A DNA stretch of 32,000 nucleotides from Nitrosospira multiformis ATCC 25196. Lineage in GTDB: Bacteria > Pseudomonadota > Gammaproteobacteria > Burkholderiales > Nitrosomonadaceae. Every line of letters begins with the position of its first letter. The stretch's first letter is position 1. The notes beneath the pieces were generated by a model, which did not search any database, was not told the DNA's origin, and saw only the letters and a list, made by a program, of their open reading frames with translations. The stretch spans positions 750,001-782,000 of the forward strand of contig NC_007614.1 in NCBI RefSeq assembly GCF_000196355.1, written 5' to 3'. Both the position numbers and the translations under genes were made by a program. Of the stretch, positions 18,224 to 27,960 are shown piece after piece.

Positions 18224-20929
18224 TTAACCTGCTAAGTCTTTGCGAGACCCCTGTTGCTTCCAAAACTCCGGAATCTCCTTCCGATATCGCCGCATCACCA
18301 GATTCGCCACCAGACCGGTCCAGCCGGTCTGATGAGCGGCGCCTAACCCCCGTCCGGTTTCACCGTGAAAATACTCATGGAACAGCAGCAGGTCGCGCCA
18401 GTGAGGATCGGTCTGATGCGGGCTCTTTTCAGGGAAGGCCGGGATCAGGCCGGATTCATCACGGCGGAAAATATCCACCAGCCGTTCCGCAAGCGTATTG
18501 GCAGCATATTTGAGGTCGATTTCGCAATGATTCAGGCAGGGGGCAGGAAAAGTAAAGGCCTCACCGAGGTAACGATGCATCTTTTCGATGGTTTGAATCA
18601 GCAGATAGTTGGTCTGCATCCACACCGGCCCGCGCCAGTTTGAGTTGCCGCCGAAAAGGGGGGAGTCGGATTCGCCCGGAACATACCGGATGACAGCATT
18701 GCCGACGCCGGGGATATGGCCCAAGTCTGCTTGCGTGGCATGACGCTTGGAGACACTCCGCACCCCATGGGGCGAAAAGAACTCTTCTTCATCAAAAATC
18801 CGTGGCAATATCTTGACGAACATCGCAGGGGTCACCAGGGAGAGCAGATGCTCACCCCGTTCGTTGGTGTCGATGGGGCAGGCGCATATCACGCTCCCAT
18901 CGAACATGCCGCCCTTGTGTTCCCACAGCAGTGCGGTGAAACGTTTGCGGTTTGCGAGCAGCCGGCCATCCACGACCTCACACGCAAACAGAGGAATGAT
19001 GCCCACCCAGGAGAAAACGTCGATGCGATGCGTGCTTCCATCCGGATCTACGACGAGATCCTTGAAAAAGCCGTCGATGTCATCCCACAGGGAAACGCGC
19101 GCTCCGGTATGTCCGGCAATCGTATTGGCAATTGCCAGGAACTGGCTATAGGATTGGACAGCGATATTCTCATAGGCGGGGTCTTCCACCGCAATTTCCA
19201 GTGCCATGACTGTCAATTGCAGGGAAAACATCGCCATCCAGCCGGTTGCATCAGCCTGTTTGAGGGTGTAACCCGGCGGGAGCGGCTCGGAGCGATTGTA
19301 TACCGAGATATTGTCCAGTCCGAGGAATCCTCCCTCGAATACATTCGTGCCTGTTGAATCCTTGAGATTGATCCACCAGGTATGATTCAGCAAAAGCTTG
19401 TGCAGCACGCGTTTGAGGAAACCGATATCACCCCTGCCGCGCTGCACCCGTTCGGCCCGGAATACCTTGAGCGCGCCCATTGCGTGCACCGGCGGATTCG
19501 CATCGCTGAATGTCCATTCATATGCGGGGATTTGCCCGTTGGGATGCAGGTAGTTTTCATTCAGCAGCAGTTCGATCTGTTCCTTGGTAAAATCCACGTC
19601 GATGAGCGCCAGCGTAGCGCAATGGAAAGCGAGGTCCCAGGCGGCAAACCAGGGATACTCCCACGTGTCCGGCATGGAAATGACATGGCTCGCCTTGAGA
19701 TGGGGCCACGCGTGGTTGCGCACCTGCCGCCTCGACGCAGGCGGTGTTGCCGGGTCTCCTTTCAGCCAGTCGGAGACGTCGTAGTGATAGAACTGCTTGG
19801 TCCATATCATGCCTGCGAGTGCTTGCCGCAGGATGCGCTGATCCTCGGCGGGCGCCTCGTCTGTCAGGAACGTGCGGAAAAAAGCATCGGCTTCGACGCG
19901 GCGCCGTGCAAAAATACTGTCCTGATTTTCGAATGGCTGAAGATGAGGCTCCGCCGTGAGCACCAGCTCGATCATGCCTGTCTTGCCGGATGGTATTGCG
20001 AGTTTGTGCGCCGCGCCGAATTTTGTTCCCTTTCCCGCGGGATTTACAGCGGATTGCTCACCCTGCACGAGATAGCGGTGAAAGGCATCCTTGACATAAG
20101 GTGCAGCATTGGGCACGCCCCATAACCTGCTATTGTTGGTTTCATTCTCCGTATAGAGAAGATCGGCTTGCTGCCGGCCGTAGAGATAGTAGTTTCGCAG
20201 TGCGGGATGCTCTGCCATTACTGCCCAGGCAGCATTTTGCGGCGCGGAGATGGCGTGCAGGAGAGGTTTTACCTCATCTTTTCCGGACCAGGACCAGTAA
20301 TTGCGAAACCACAATTGCGGCAGCAGCCACAGTAAAGCTTCCTCTTTCCCACGGTTGCTTGCCACGATGCGGATGTGCAGTTCATGAGGGGATGCCTTGG
20401 CGTAGAAGACTTCCACATCCCAATACCGGTCTTCCGAGAAAGCGTTGCTATCAATCAGGTTGAACGGCGGCTCCGCACGCGAACGGTGGGCGTTTTCCTC
20501 GATCAACCGCGTATAGGGGAATGGGGATTGCGGGTATTTGTAGAGGTAGTGCAGCCACGCGTGAGAAGGCGTGGCGTCGAGGTAGAAATAGCATTCCTTT
20601 ACGTCTTCTCCCCGATTACCCTGGTGTCCGGTGAGACCGAAGGCGCGCTCCTTAAGGATGGCATCCTTGCCGTTCCAGAGCGCCAGTGAGAAACAGAGAT
20701 GCTGCGCTTCGTCCGAGATACCGCCCAGCCCGTCCTCATTCCAGCGGTAAGCGCGCGAACGTGCCTGATCATGGTCGAAATATTCCCAGGGCGTTCCATC
20801 CGGACTGTAGTCTTCCCGCACGGTGCCCCAGGCGCGTTCCGAGAGGTAAGGTCCCCATAGACGCCAGGCTTCCCGGCCCTGCCGCTGGTTTTCCAACCGC
20901 TGCCGTTCGGCATCCGGGGAGGTGGACAT
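18224..20929 (-). CDS. MGH1/GH63-like glycoside hydrolase (glucosidase family protein)
   Basis: 901 aa; WGTVREDYSPDGTPWEYFDHDQARSRAYRWNEDGLGGISD, MPDTWEYPWFAAWDLAFHCATLALIDVDFTKEQ, GNSNWRGPVWMQTNYLLIQ. Confidence 0.75.
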   Translation of the reverse strand: MSTSPDAERQRLENQRQGREAWRLWGPYLSERAWGTVREDYSPDGTPWEYFDHDQARSRAYRWNEDGLGGISDEAQHLCFSLALWNGKDAILKERAFGLTGHQGNRGEDVKECYFYLDATPSHAWLHYLYKYPQSPFPYTRLIEENAHRSRAEPPFNLIDSNAFSEDRYWDVEVFYAKASPHELHIRIVASNRGKEEALLWLLPQLWFRNYWSWSGKDEVKPLLHAISAPQNAAWAVMAEHPALRNYYLYGRQQADLLYTENETNNSRLWGVPNAAPYVKDAFHRYLVQGEQSAVNPAGKGTKFGAAHKLAIPSGKTGMIELVLTAEPHLQPFENQDSIFARRRVEADAFFRTFLTDEAPAEDQRILRQALAGMIWTKQFYHYDVSDWLKGDPATPPASRRQVRNHAWPHLKASHVISMPDTWEYPWFAAWDLAFHCATLALIDVDFTKEQIELLLNENYLHPNGQIPAYEWTFSDANPPVHAMGALKVFRAERVQRGRGDIGFLKRVLHKLLLNHTWWINLKDSTGTNVFEGGFLGLDNISVYNRSEPLPPGYTLKQADATGWMAMFSLQLTVMALEIAVEDPAYENIAVQSYSQFLAIANTIAGHTGARVSLWDDIDGFFKDLVVDPDGSTHRIDVFSWVGIIPLFACEVVDGRLLANRKRFTALLWEHKGGMFDGSVICACPIDTNERGEHLLSLVTPAMFVKILPRIFDEEEFFSPHGVRSVSKRHATQADLGHIPGVGNAVIRYVPGESDSPLFGGNSNWRGPVWMQTNYLLIQTIEKMHRYLGEAFTFPAPCLNHCEIDLKYAANTLAERLVDIFRRDESGLIPAFPEKSPHQTDPHWRDLLLFHEYFHGETGRGLGAAHQTGWTGLVANLVMRRYRKEIPEFWKQQGSRKDLAG

Positions 20930-21068
20930 GATGTTATTTCTCCGGTTGTTTCACACACCTTCCTGGGGTTGCCTATCTTCCTCGGGCTGCCTGTAAGGAC
21001 TGACGGCGACGGGTCGTGCCAGGAAAGCGGAGATTACCGCTTCCGTCTCTTTTCAGGCTTCGCCCGCA

Positions 21069-21890
21069 TCATCCCCCGTCTTGAGCCGCCTTCAGTTCGG
21101 ATGTCAGATGCGGGGCAATAACCTGCAACAACTGGCCGAAGACTTTCGGATTACCCGCTACCACATTGCCGCTTTGCAGATGGGTATCGTTGCCTTCCAT
21201 GTCTCCCACCAGTCCGCCTGCCTCGGTAATGAGCAGGCAGCCCGCCGCCATATCCCACGGTGAAAGGCCGAACTCCCAGAAGCCATCGTATCGTCCTGCC
21301 GCGACGTAGGCCAGGTCGAGCGCGGCGGAACCCGGACGCCGGATCCCCGCCACCCGGGGCATGATATCCTTGAATATGGCAAGGTAGGCCTCGGCATGCG
21401 TGAATTCGCGAAACGGGAAGCCCGTGCCGATCAGGCAGTCGCCAAGTTTGCTGCGCTTGCTCACCCGCAAGCGATGGTCATTGAGATAGGCGCCTGCTCC
21501 CCGGCTTGCGGTAAATAATTCGTTGGCAGCCGGATTGTAGACCACGGCCTGCGACAAAACGTTTTTATGCATCAATGCGATCGAAACCGAGTAATGCGGG
21601 AAACCATGAAGAAAATTGGTGGTCCCGTCCAGCGGGTCGATGATCCACTGATATTCAGACTTGGCAGGATCACCTTGAGCGCCGCTTTCTTCTGCTAGAA
21701 TGGAATGGCTGGGATAGGCATCGAGCAGCGTCTCGATCACCGCGTTTTCCGCGGCGCCGTCTACTTCGCTGACAAAATCGTTGTGCGCCTTGCGCGAGAC
21801 ATTCAGTAAATCCAGGTTCTGCGCAGCACGATTGATGATGCCGCCTGCGCGGCGCGCGGCCCTTACCGCGATGGTGAGCATGGGGTGCAT
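21069..21890 (-). CDS. suhB: Inositol monophosphatase family protein
   Basis: [25 protein letters not shown] and [16 protein letters not shown] signatures. Confidence 0.93.
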   Translation of the reverse strand: MHPMLTIAVRAARRAGGIINRAAQNLDLLNVSRKAHNDFVSEVDGAAENAVIETLLDAYPSHSILAEESGAQGDPAKSEYQWIIDPLDGTTNFLHGFPHYSVSIALMHKNVLSQAVVYNPAANELFTASRGAGAYLNDHRLRVSKRSKLGDCLIGTGFPFREFTHAEAYLAIFKDIMPRVAGIRRPGSAALDLAYVAAGRYDGFWEFGLSPWDMAAGCLLITEAGGLVGDMEGNDTHLQSGNVVAGNPKVFGQLLQVIAPHLTSELKAAQDGG

Positions 21891-22088
21891 GTGTCGGGAT
21901 TCAAAATAAAGTGAATCGTGGATTTTAACCCAGATAATCCATCAGGATGCGGAATGATGCCCGGGCAGGTTGCGAGACAGTGCTATCAATCGGGAAAAAT
22001 CCCGTAGCCTGAAATGGCTACAAACTGACTGCGCTTGCACAGGGTAGTCATCTCCAATGGAGTCTTTAATGGGCTATCCGGATTAAAT

Positions 22089-22838
22089 GTGAATCCCCTC
22101 CATCTGCTCGATAAAGTCCGAATTGTCCTGAGCCATACCAGCCATCCCGGTAACATCGGGGGGGCGGCGCGGGCAATGAAGACCATGGGATTGGACTCGC
22201 TCTATCTTGTGAATCCCCGGTTTTTCCCCGACAAGGAAGCTGAAAGACGAGCCACCGGCGCACTGGATATCCTCCATAAGGCAAAAGTCTGCGACACGCT
22301 CGATGAAGCGCTCAGTGGCACTGTTCTGGCAGCGGCAGTGACGGCCCGACAACGCGATCTCTCCCATGAAGTTTTTGATGGCCGGCAGGGTGCGACCAAA
22401 CTGCTCGATCTCGCGCAAAAGGATTTCGTTGCGCTGGTCTTCGGCACGGAAATGTCCGGACTTACCACGCTTGAAGTCAGTAAGTGCCAGATCATCATCC
22501 ATATTCCAGCCAACCCGGAATATTCATCTCTCAATCTTGCCAGCGCTGTGCAGGTCATGGCATACGAATTGCGCATGGCCTGCAGGGATTTGCTGGAAAC
22601 CCCGCCTGCTTCGCCGACCCTGACCCTGCATGGCGGGGGGATGGCGGCCACGTTCGATGAAATCGAGTTGCTTTACGCTCACCTGGAGCAGGTGGCGATC
22701 AGCAGCGGTTTTCTCGATCCGCAGGAGCCGAAACGCCTGATGCAGCGCATGCGACGGCTGTTTGCCCGCGCGCGGCTGGAAAAGGAGGAGGTCAATATAT
22801 TACGAGGGATACTGAGCGCCTGTGAGAAGCGGATGTAG
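22089..22838 (+). CDS. trmJ: tRNA/rRNA 2'-O-methyltransferase, TrmJ-like (SpoU superfamily)
   Basis: VRIVLSHTSHPGNIGGAARAMKTMGLDSLYLVNPR, VFGTEMSGLTTLEV, NPEYSSLNLASAVQVMAYELR. Start uncertain (GTG 22089 chosen; track ORF begins at TTG 22035). Confidence 0.88.
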   Translation: MNPLHLLDKVRIVLSHTSHPGNIGGAARAMKTMGLDSLYLVNPRFFPDKEAERRATGALDILHKAKVCDTLDEALSGTVLAAAVTARQRDLSHEVFDGRQGATKLLDLAQKDFVALVFGTEMSGLTTLEVSKCQIIIHIPANPEYSSLNLASAVQVMAYELRMACRDLLETPPASPTLTLHGGGMAATFDEIELLYAHLEQVAISSGFLDPQEPKRLMQRMRRLFARARLEKEEVNILRGILSACEKRM

Positions 22839-22947
22839 ACGGAGGCTGCTTTCCCGCTTATTCCTGATGCTCCGGGATGCGAACGAAATTGAATGATGGC
22901 GGGAAGAGTTGACGGCGGTCAGGTTTAAACGAAAGTAGCCGGACAAA

Positions 22948-22980
22948 ATAGTTGACCATGACAAAGGGGATTTATATACT
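22948..22980 (+). promoter_or_regulatory. Candidate iscR promoter overlapped by IscR type-1-like site
   Basis: ATAGTTGACC (22948-22957) matches the left half of the IscR type-1 consensus; TTGACC (22952-22957) N17 TATACT (22975-22980) is a good sigma70 core. Confidence 0.55.
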
Positions 22981-23075
22981 TGATCAATGTTGTCGGGTAT
23001 TGGTTGTCGGTATTGGAATTGTTTACGTGAGAAAGGTGTTCGGAGGAAGCAGCTGCATTCCAGGATGGGTGCGCG

Positions 23076-23210
23076 ATGAGCGCTTTCGTTGAATTGAATC
23101 AGGAAGACTTGTTCGGAACGCTTTGTTCCGGCAACTCTGCGGGATTTGTCGCCTATTATTTTGTTGTTTCACAGTGTCAATTTCTATTCGGGAGCAGAAA
23201 ATGCGGTTAA
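23076..23210 (+). CDS. Possible 44-aa upstream ORF overlapping iscR start
   Basis: ATG at 23076 to TAA at 23208-23210: MSAFVELNQEDLFGTLCSGNSAGFVAYYFVVSQCQFLFGSRKCG*. Only a weak SD (AGGA about 11 nt upstream). Confidence 0.25.
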   Translation: MSAFVELNQEDLFGTLCSGNSAGFVAYYFVVSQCQFLFGSRKCG

Positions 23211-23674
23211 CAACCAAGGGCCGTTTTGCAGTAACGGCAATGATCGATCTTGCATTGCACAGCGCGGACGGGCCGGTTACATTGGCGGGTATCAGCGAAC
23301 GTCAGAAAATTTCATTGTCTTATCTTGAGCAGTTGTTCGGAAAGCTGCGCCGCAGCAAGCTGGTAGGCAGCGTACGTGGCCCTGGTGGTGGCTACCGCCT
23401 CACCAAACCCATGAGCGAGGTATCTGTAGTAGACATTATTCTGGCTGTGGATGAGCCCATCGACGCCACCCAATGCGGAGGCAAGGAAAACTGTCACAAT
23501 GATCAGCGCTGCATGACCCACGATCTATGGGCGAATCTGAATGCGCGGATACGCGATTACCTAGCGCTGGTTACACTGGAGCAGCTCGTATCAAACCCCA
23601 AGGTGAAGGATATTGCTGTCTTGCAGGATGTGAGAACCTGCTCCTCATCGCAACATCGTACAGTTCCTGCTTGA
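23201..23674 (+). CDS. iscR: Fe-S cluster regulator IscR (Rrf2 family)
   Basis: MRLTTKGRFAVTAMIDLALH...LSYLEQLFGKLRRSKLVGSVRGPGGGYRL, cluster cysteines CGGKENCHNDQRCMTH. Confidence 0.95.
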   Translation: MRLTTKGRFAVTAMIDLALHSADGPVTLAGISERQKISLSYLEQLFGKLRRSKLVGSVRGPGGGYRLTKPMSEVSVVDIILAVDEPIDATQCGGKENCHNDQRCMTHDLWANLNARIRDYLALVTLEQLVSNPKVKDIAVLQDVRTCSSSQHRTVPA

Positions 23675-23737
23675 ACGGTAACGCCTGCTGGTTTCAAGTC
23701 CGATTTTCCATTTCGACCAGTTTGAAGGATCCGGACG

Positions 23738-24895
23738 ATGACCTACGCCTATTTCGACCATAACGCCACGACTGCTGTCGATAAAGCCGCGCTTGATGCC
23801 ATGTTGCCGTATTTCCAGGAAGAGTACGGCAATCCCTCCAGCCGGCATGCTCCTGGCATTGCAGCTCGCCGGGCGGTTGATCGCGCCCGTGAGCAAGTGG
23901 CGGATGCAGTGGGAGTGCAGCCGTCGCAGGTGGTTTTCACCAGCGGGGGATCGGAAGCCAATAACCTCTTCATTCAGGGCGCCGCGGGCTACATGAAGCC
24001 GGGACAGATTGCGATAAGCGCGATCGAGCATCCCTGCGTGATGAAAACTGCGCAGGAATTGGCGCGTGCTTCGCGGGGAAGCTGGAATCTGCGTCGGCTA
24101 GCAGTGGATAATCAGGGCCGCCTGGACCCGGCCGCTCTTGACGAGGCACTGTCGTCTCAACAGTCGGGGCTGGTTTCAGTCATGCTGGCAAACAACGAAA
24201 CAGGCGTGATTCAGGATGTTTCGATGGTGGGGGAGAAGGCCCGCGCGCGAGGTGCCTGGATTCACACGGACGCAGTGCAGGCGTTTGGCAAGATACCTGT
24301 CGATTTTGCCTCGCTCAATGTACATGCCCTGACGCTGTCGTCCCACAAGATTTGCGGTCCCAAGGGGGCCGCGGCGCTTATCATGGATAAGCGGCTCCTG
24401 CTCAAACCTCTCATCTACGGTGGGGGGCATGAAGGCGGATTGCGTTCGGGTACCGAAAACGTTCCCGCAATTGTGGGATTCGGCGTGGCCTGCGAGTTGG
24501 TCAAGAGACGAATAGCGGAACATACCACGCATATCTCGGCATTGCGCCAGCAACTGGAGCGGGGCCTGCTGGAGATGGGCGGGACTGTTTTTGGTCTCGG
24601 CGCTTCCCGTCTGCCCAATACCTGCTATTTTGCGCTCCCGGGTATCGAAGGAGATACTTTGGTAGTACGTCTCGATAAAGCGGGTTTCGCGGTGGCAAGC
24701 GGCGCGGCGTGTTCCAGCGTCAACCCCGGGCGAAGCCATGTGCTGGAAGCAATGGGGGTGGATCCTGCCCTGGCTCGTTGCGCTGTGCGGGTAAGCCTGG
24801 GGGCCTCCAATTCTTCGGTGCAGGTTGCTGATTTCCTTCGCGCTCTCGGTGCTATCGTGGGGGAGCTGGAGCAGATGAGCGCGCTTTCGATCTGA
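23738..24895 (+). CDS. Cysteine desulfurase, IscS/NifS family
   Basis: YFDHNATTAVDKAALDAMLPYF...NPSSRH, TSGGSEANNL, LSSHKICGPKG (PLP lysine), catalytic ASGAACSS. Confidence 0.93.
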   Translation: MTYAYFDHNATTAVDKAALDAMLPYFQEEYGNPSSRHAPGIAARRAVDRAREQVADAVGVQPSQVVFTSGGSEANNLFIQGAAGYMKPGQIAISAIEHPCVMKTAQELARASRGSWNLRRLAVDNQGRLDPAALDEALSSQQSGLVSVMLANNETGVIQDVSMVGEKARARGAWIHTDAVQAFGKIPVDFASLNVHALTLSSHKICGPKGAAALIMDKRLLLKPLIYGGGHEGGLRSGTENVPAIVGFGVACELVKRRIAEHTTHISALRQQLERGLLEMGGTVFGLGASRLPNTCYFALPGIEGDTLVVRLDKAGFAVASGAACSSVNPGRSHVLEAMGVDPALARCAVRVSLGASNSSVQVADFLRALGAIVGELEQMSALSI

Positions 24896-25119
24896 CTGTT
24901 TCCCTTGATACCCGTGAGGAGAGAGCCCTTGCAGGGTTAGTAGGGGTTAAAGAGGCTATAAAGATCGTCTGCATTTGAGGGACTGGAATGCACCGGGTAT
25001 AAAGCAGCGCCCAAAGGTTTTACGAATCTCTCCTCGCAATATTTCCCCATCCGTTTCTCTTCCTGCTATCACTCTCTTCGGTAGCGAGCCTCTTCCGTAA
25101 ATTTTTCGCAGTACCCCCT

Positions 25120-25144
25120 GCCCATTCTCGGGCCCGTCTTTTTT
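25120..25144 (+). terminator. Weak terminator-like hairpin plus T-run
   Basis: GCCC-ATTCTC-GGGC followed by CCGTCTTTTTT, about 225 nt after the desulfurase stop. Confidence 0.3.
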
Positions 25145-25240
25145 ATCTGCCATCAGAACGATTTATGTTTATACTTTGCGTTGGATTGTCGCAATGTTTC
25201 ATCGGTCCGTATCCTTTTTGTCATTTTCATTCATAAACTC

Positions 25241-26029
25241 GTGACATATAACCGTATTACTGTCCTCTTGCTGCTTGCCTGCACAATGCTGGTCACAGGA
25301 TGTGCTACTACCCGCACGCAGGGATCGACAGTGCCGAACGATCAGAGCGCAGACTATAGGGATTCGATCGATCCATTCGAGGGTATCAATCGCAAGTTTT
25401 ACACTTTTACCGATGTGATCGACCGGAAACTCATCGAGCCGGTGGCGGAGGTTTATATTGACCACGTCCCCACCCGGGTGCAGCGCTCCGTCGGGAATTT
25501 TTATGACAATATCCAGTACCCGAACGTCGTCCTGAATGATTTCCTGCAAGGCAAGGTACGCCAGGGATTTCGTGACGGGCTGCGCTTCGTCGTCAATTCC
25601 ACCCTTGGTATCGCCGGGCTCTTTGATCCGGCTTCTTCCATGGGCTTCACCCAGCATGATGAAGATTTCGGACAAACGCTGGGGGTGTGGGGGGTGAATG
25701 CAAGCACTTACCTTTTTGTTCCCTTGCTTGGGCCTAGCAGCAATCGCGATGTTGCCTCATATCCAGTCGCTCTATTTACGAATGTCCTTTTCTATATCGG
25801 AACTTATGTGATCGGAGCCCCCGTCACCGTGCCGCTTTCCGTTCTGGGTGTCATTGACAAGCGGGCAAGATTGTCCGGCCCCATGAAAATCCGGGATGAA
25901 GCAGCGCTTGAGCCTTATCTGTTCGTACGCGACGCCTACTTGCAGCAGCGCAAGCATTTGATTTACGACGGAAATCCCCCTCCCGAGATTTATGACGATC
26001 CCGCGGAGGAGGAGCCTGTGACTAAGTAG
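25241..26029 (+). CDS. mlaA: MlaA/VacJ family outer-membrane lipoprotein
   Basis: Lipobox LVTGC; DSIDPFEGINRKFYTFTDVIDRKLIEPVAEVY, NVVLNDFLQGKVRQGFRDGLRFVVNSTLGIAGLFDPA. GTG start at 25241 or further upstream. Confidence 0.9.
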   Translation: MTYNRITVLLLLACTMLVTGCATTRTQGSTVPNDQSADYRDSIDPFEGINRKFYTFTDVIDRKLIEPVAEVYIDHVPTRVQRSVGNFYDNIQYPNVVLNDFLQGKVRQGFRDGLRFVVNSTLGIAGLFDPASSMGFTQHDEDFGQTLGVWGVNASTYLFVPLLGPSSNRDVASYPVALFTNVLFYIGTYVIGAPVTVPLSVLGVIDKRARLSGPMKIRDEAALEPYLFVRDAYLQQRKHLIYDGNPPPEIYDDPAEEEPVTK

Positions 26030-26182
26030 CGTCCTGTCCTATTAGTCGCCTGTTGCATTCGATTGGGGCTGAAGGATTAGGCAGCGTGAGCGTATCCCCT
26101 TGAAATCCTGCAAACGTGAGGCTGAGCAGGATGAATTATCCTCCCGTTTTCCTTACCCGTAAAAGCGCGAGGAGCGTCAATC

Positions 26183-26587
26183 ATGAGCAAGTTCGACCGA
26201 AGAATGGAACACCCTGTTTCTGCCGGACTGCTTCATCTCACCCATCTCGTCTATCTGTTGCATGGTTTCAGCGTTCTGATGGGAATCCTGGGACCGGCAT
26301 TCATCATTACGACCTTTCTCACCGGGTGGCCCTCGATCATCGCAGTGATTCTCAACTACGTGAAGCGGAGTGATGTGCGGGGGACCTGGCTTGATTCCCA
26401 TTTCGGCTGGCAAATACGCACTTTCTGGTACACCCTGCTTTGGCTGGTAATTGCAGCCCTATTGTTTGCCACCATTATCGGCATCGGGTTCGCGTACCTC
26501 CTCATCGTGGGCACCGGATTGTGGGTGACATACCGCCTCATTCGCGGCTGGCTGGCATTGAGCGAGGGCAGGGCCATGCCGATGTAA
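26183..26587 (+). CDS. DUF4870-like / COG3671 small membrane protein
   Basis: 134 aa with several TM segments; HFGWQIRTFWYTLLWLVIAALLF. Confidence 0.65.
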   Translation: MSKFDRRMEHPVSAGLLHLTHLVYLLHGFSVLMGILGPAFIITTFLTGWPSIIAVILNYVKRSDVRGTWLDSHFGWQIRTFWYTLLWLVIAALLFATIIGIGFAYLLIVGTGLWVTYRLIRGWLALSEGRAMPM

Positions 26588-26975
26588 GCGCATACTTCAG
26601 CCAGCTCGACCGGCTCGACTTCTGGATTTGCCTGTCCGATTCTTTCCCCTTCCCAAGTTCGTTTCATTTCTCTCATCTTTCTTTGCCGATCTTATCGATA
26701 GGACTTCGGAGGTTTATGTGTGCCACCGTACAGAATGCGGTAATTGCACTCGCTAATATCCAGCATTCTGACTCTCCAGCTAGCAGAGATAGATATCCTG
26801 AAATTGCAGAATAAAATCGAAAGTGCCTTATGCCTGGAGAGGGGCAAAGTTGCAAAGGAATAAGCGCAGACCTGGAAATACTGTTAATACTGCTGTAAAA
26901 CGATAAGCGTATAAGCGTTATGGGCGATCTGTACCAGCTAGATTTTCCGATGCCAGACCTATATTGAAGTTCATC

Positions 26976-27755
26976 ATGCTTCCACCGCAGAGTCCCAAGC
27001 AGAACAAGATTCTCGCAGCCCTGCCTCTCGGGAGCTACACTCGCTTGCTGCCTCTTCTCGAGCATGTGCCCATGCCAGCCGGTCAAGTCATCTATGACCC
27101 TGGTCTTCCTTTCAAATATGTGTATTTCCCGACAAATTCTGTAGTTGCACGTCTTTATGAGACGGCAAGCGGAGCGTGTACCCAGACCGGACTCATCGGA
27201 AACGAGGGGTTGGTCGGTGTTTCGGCGCTGCTGGGTGGCGAAAACTATTCTGCACGCGTTCTGGTGATGAGCACCGGTAAGGGTTATCGCATTAAAACCA
27301 GCTTCATAAGAGACGAGTTTGAGTTGGGCGACGAACTGAAGCAATGCGTCCTGCGCTTTGCCCATGCTCTGATGGTCCAAACCGAACAGGTAGCTGTTTC
27401 CAATCGTTACCATACCGTTGATCAGCAGTTGAGCTATCTTTTATTGATGAGCATGGACCGTTTGCCGGGAAATGAGCTTCATATAACCCATGAGCAAGCG
27501 GGAATCATGCTGGGCGTACGTCGCGAAAGTGTAACGGTTGCGGCACACAAGCTTCAGGCAGCCGGGGCGATTCGCTGCCGCCGGGGACACCTTGCAGTTG
27601 CAGACCGCCAGCAACTGGAGGCAAGCGCGGGCGAGCAGTATGAAGTCGTTAAAAAAGAATACGAGGGCCTGGCAGCGTTTTATGCTTCGCATGCCGTTCA
27701 TTCTTCCGAGTTGCCTCCTGCAAGATTCAAGCGGTTTTTTCAGTCAGCCGAGTAA
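26976..27755 (+). CDS. Crp/Fnr family transcriptional regulator
   Basis: cNMP-binding fold (VIYDPGLPFKYVYFPTNSVVARL) and HTH (ITHEQAGIMLGVRRESVTVAAHKLQAAGAI); no N-terminal FNR-type cysteine cluster. A TTG at 26964 is an alternative start. Confidence 0.85.
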   Translation: MLPPQSPKQNKILAALPLGSYTRLLPLLEHVPMPAGQVIYDPGLPFKYVYFPTNSVVARLYETASGACTQTGLIGNEGLVGVSALLGGENYSARVLVMSTGKGYRIKTSFIRDEFELGDELKQCVLRFAHALMVQTEQVAVSNRYHTVDQQLSYLLLMSMDRLPGNELHITHEQAGIMLGVRRESVTVAAHKLQAAGAIRCRRGHLAVADRQQLEASAGEQYEVVKKEYEGLAAFYASHAVHSSELPPARFKRFFQSAE

Positions 27756-27960
27756 GCCAGACATTCTCCAGGGTCTCTTGCCAGAAGTACTGGGGTATTG
27801 CCCTCGATCCTGGTCTGCCCGCACGCTCATGTGTGCGGTTTCGAACAGAGTTGTTTTCCTTGACATGACAGTATTTCAACTGTTTAGCTGAATATGGGAA
27901 ATCCGGCCAAGAAAACGCGGGAATAAGCGTGTGCTCCCCGCAGTCAAGAAAGGAGGATCA

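Noticed and set aside
19382-20125. 247-aa plus-strand ORF
   Set aside because: Antisense to the glucosidase-family gene; no recognisable domain.
21022-21044. Bulged hairpin GGAA(A)GCGG-AGATTA-CCGCTTCC between suhB and the glucosidase gene
   Set aside because: No T-run following on the transcribed minus strand; not enough to call a terminator.
24956-25153. 65-aa minus-strand ORF between the desulfurase and mlaA
   Set aside because: Weak composition, no RBS assessed as convincing, no family resemblance.
26673-27413. 246-aa minus-strand ORF
   Set aside because: Mostly antisense to the Crp/Fnr gene; sequence shows no family resemblance.
27819-27838. CCGCAC-N8-GTGCGG hairpin downstream of the Crp/Fnr gene
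   Set aside because: Only short interrupted T stretches follow; cannot be separated from chance.
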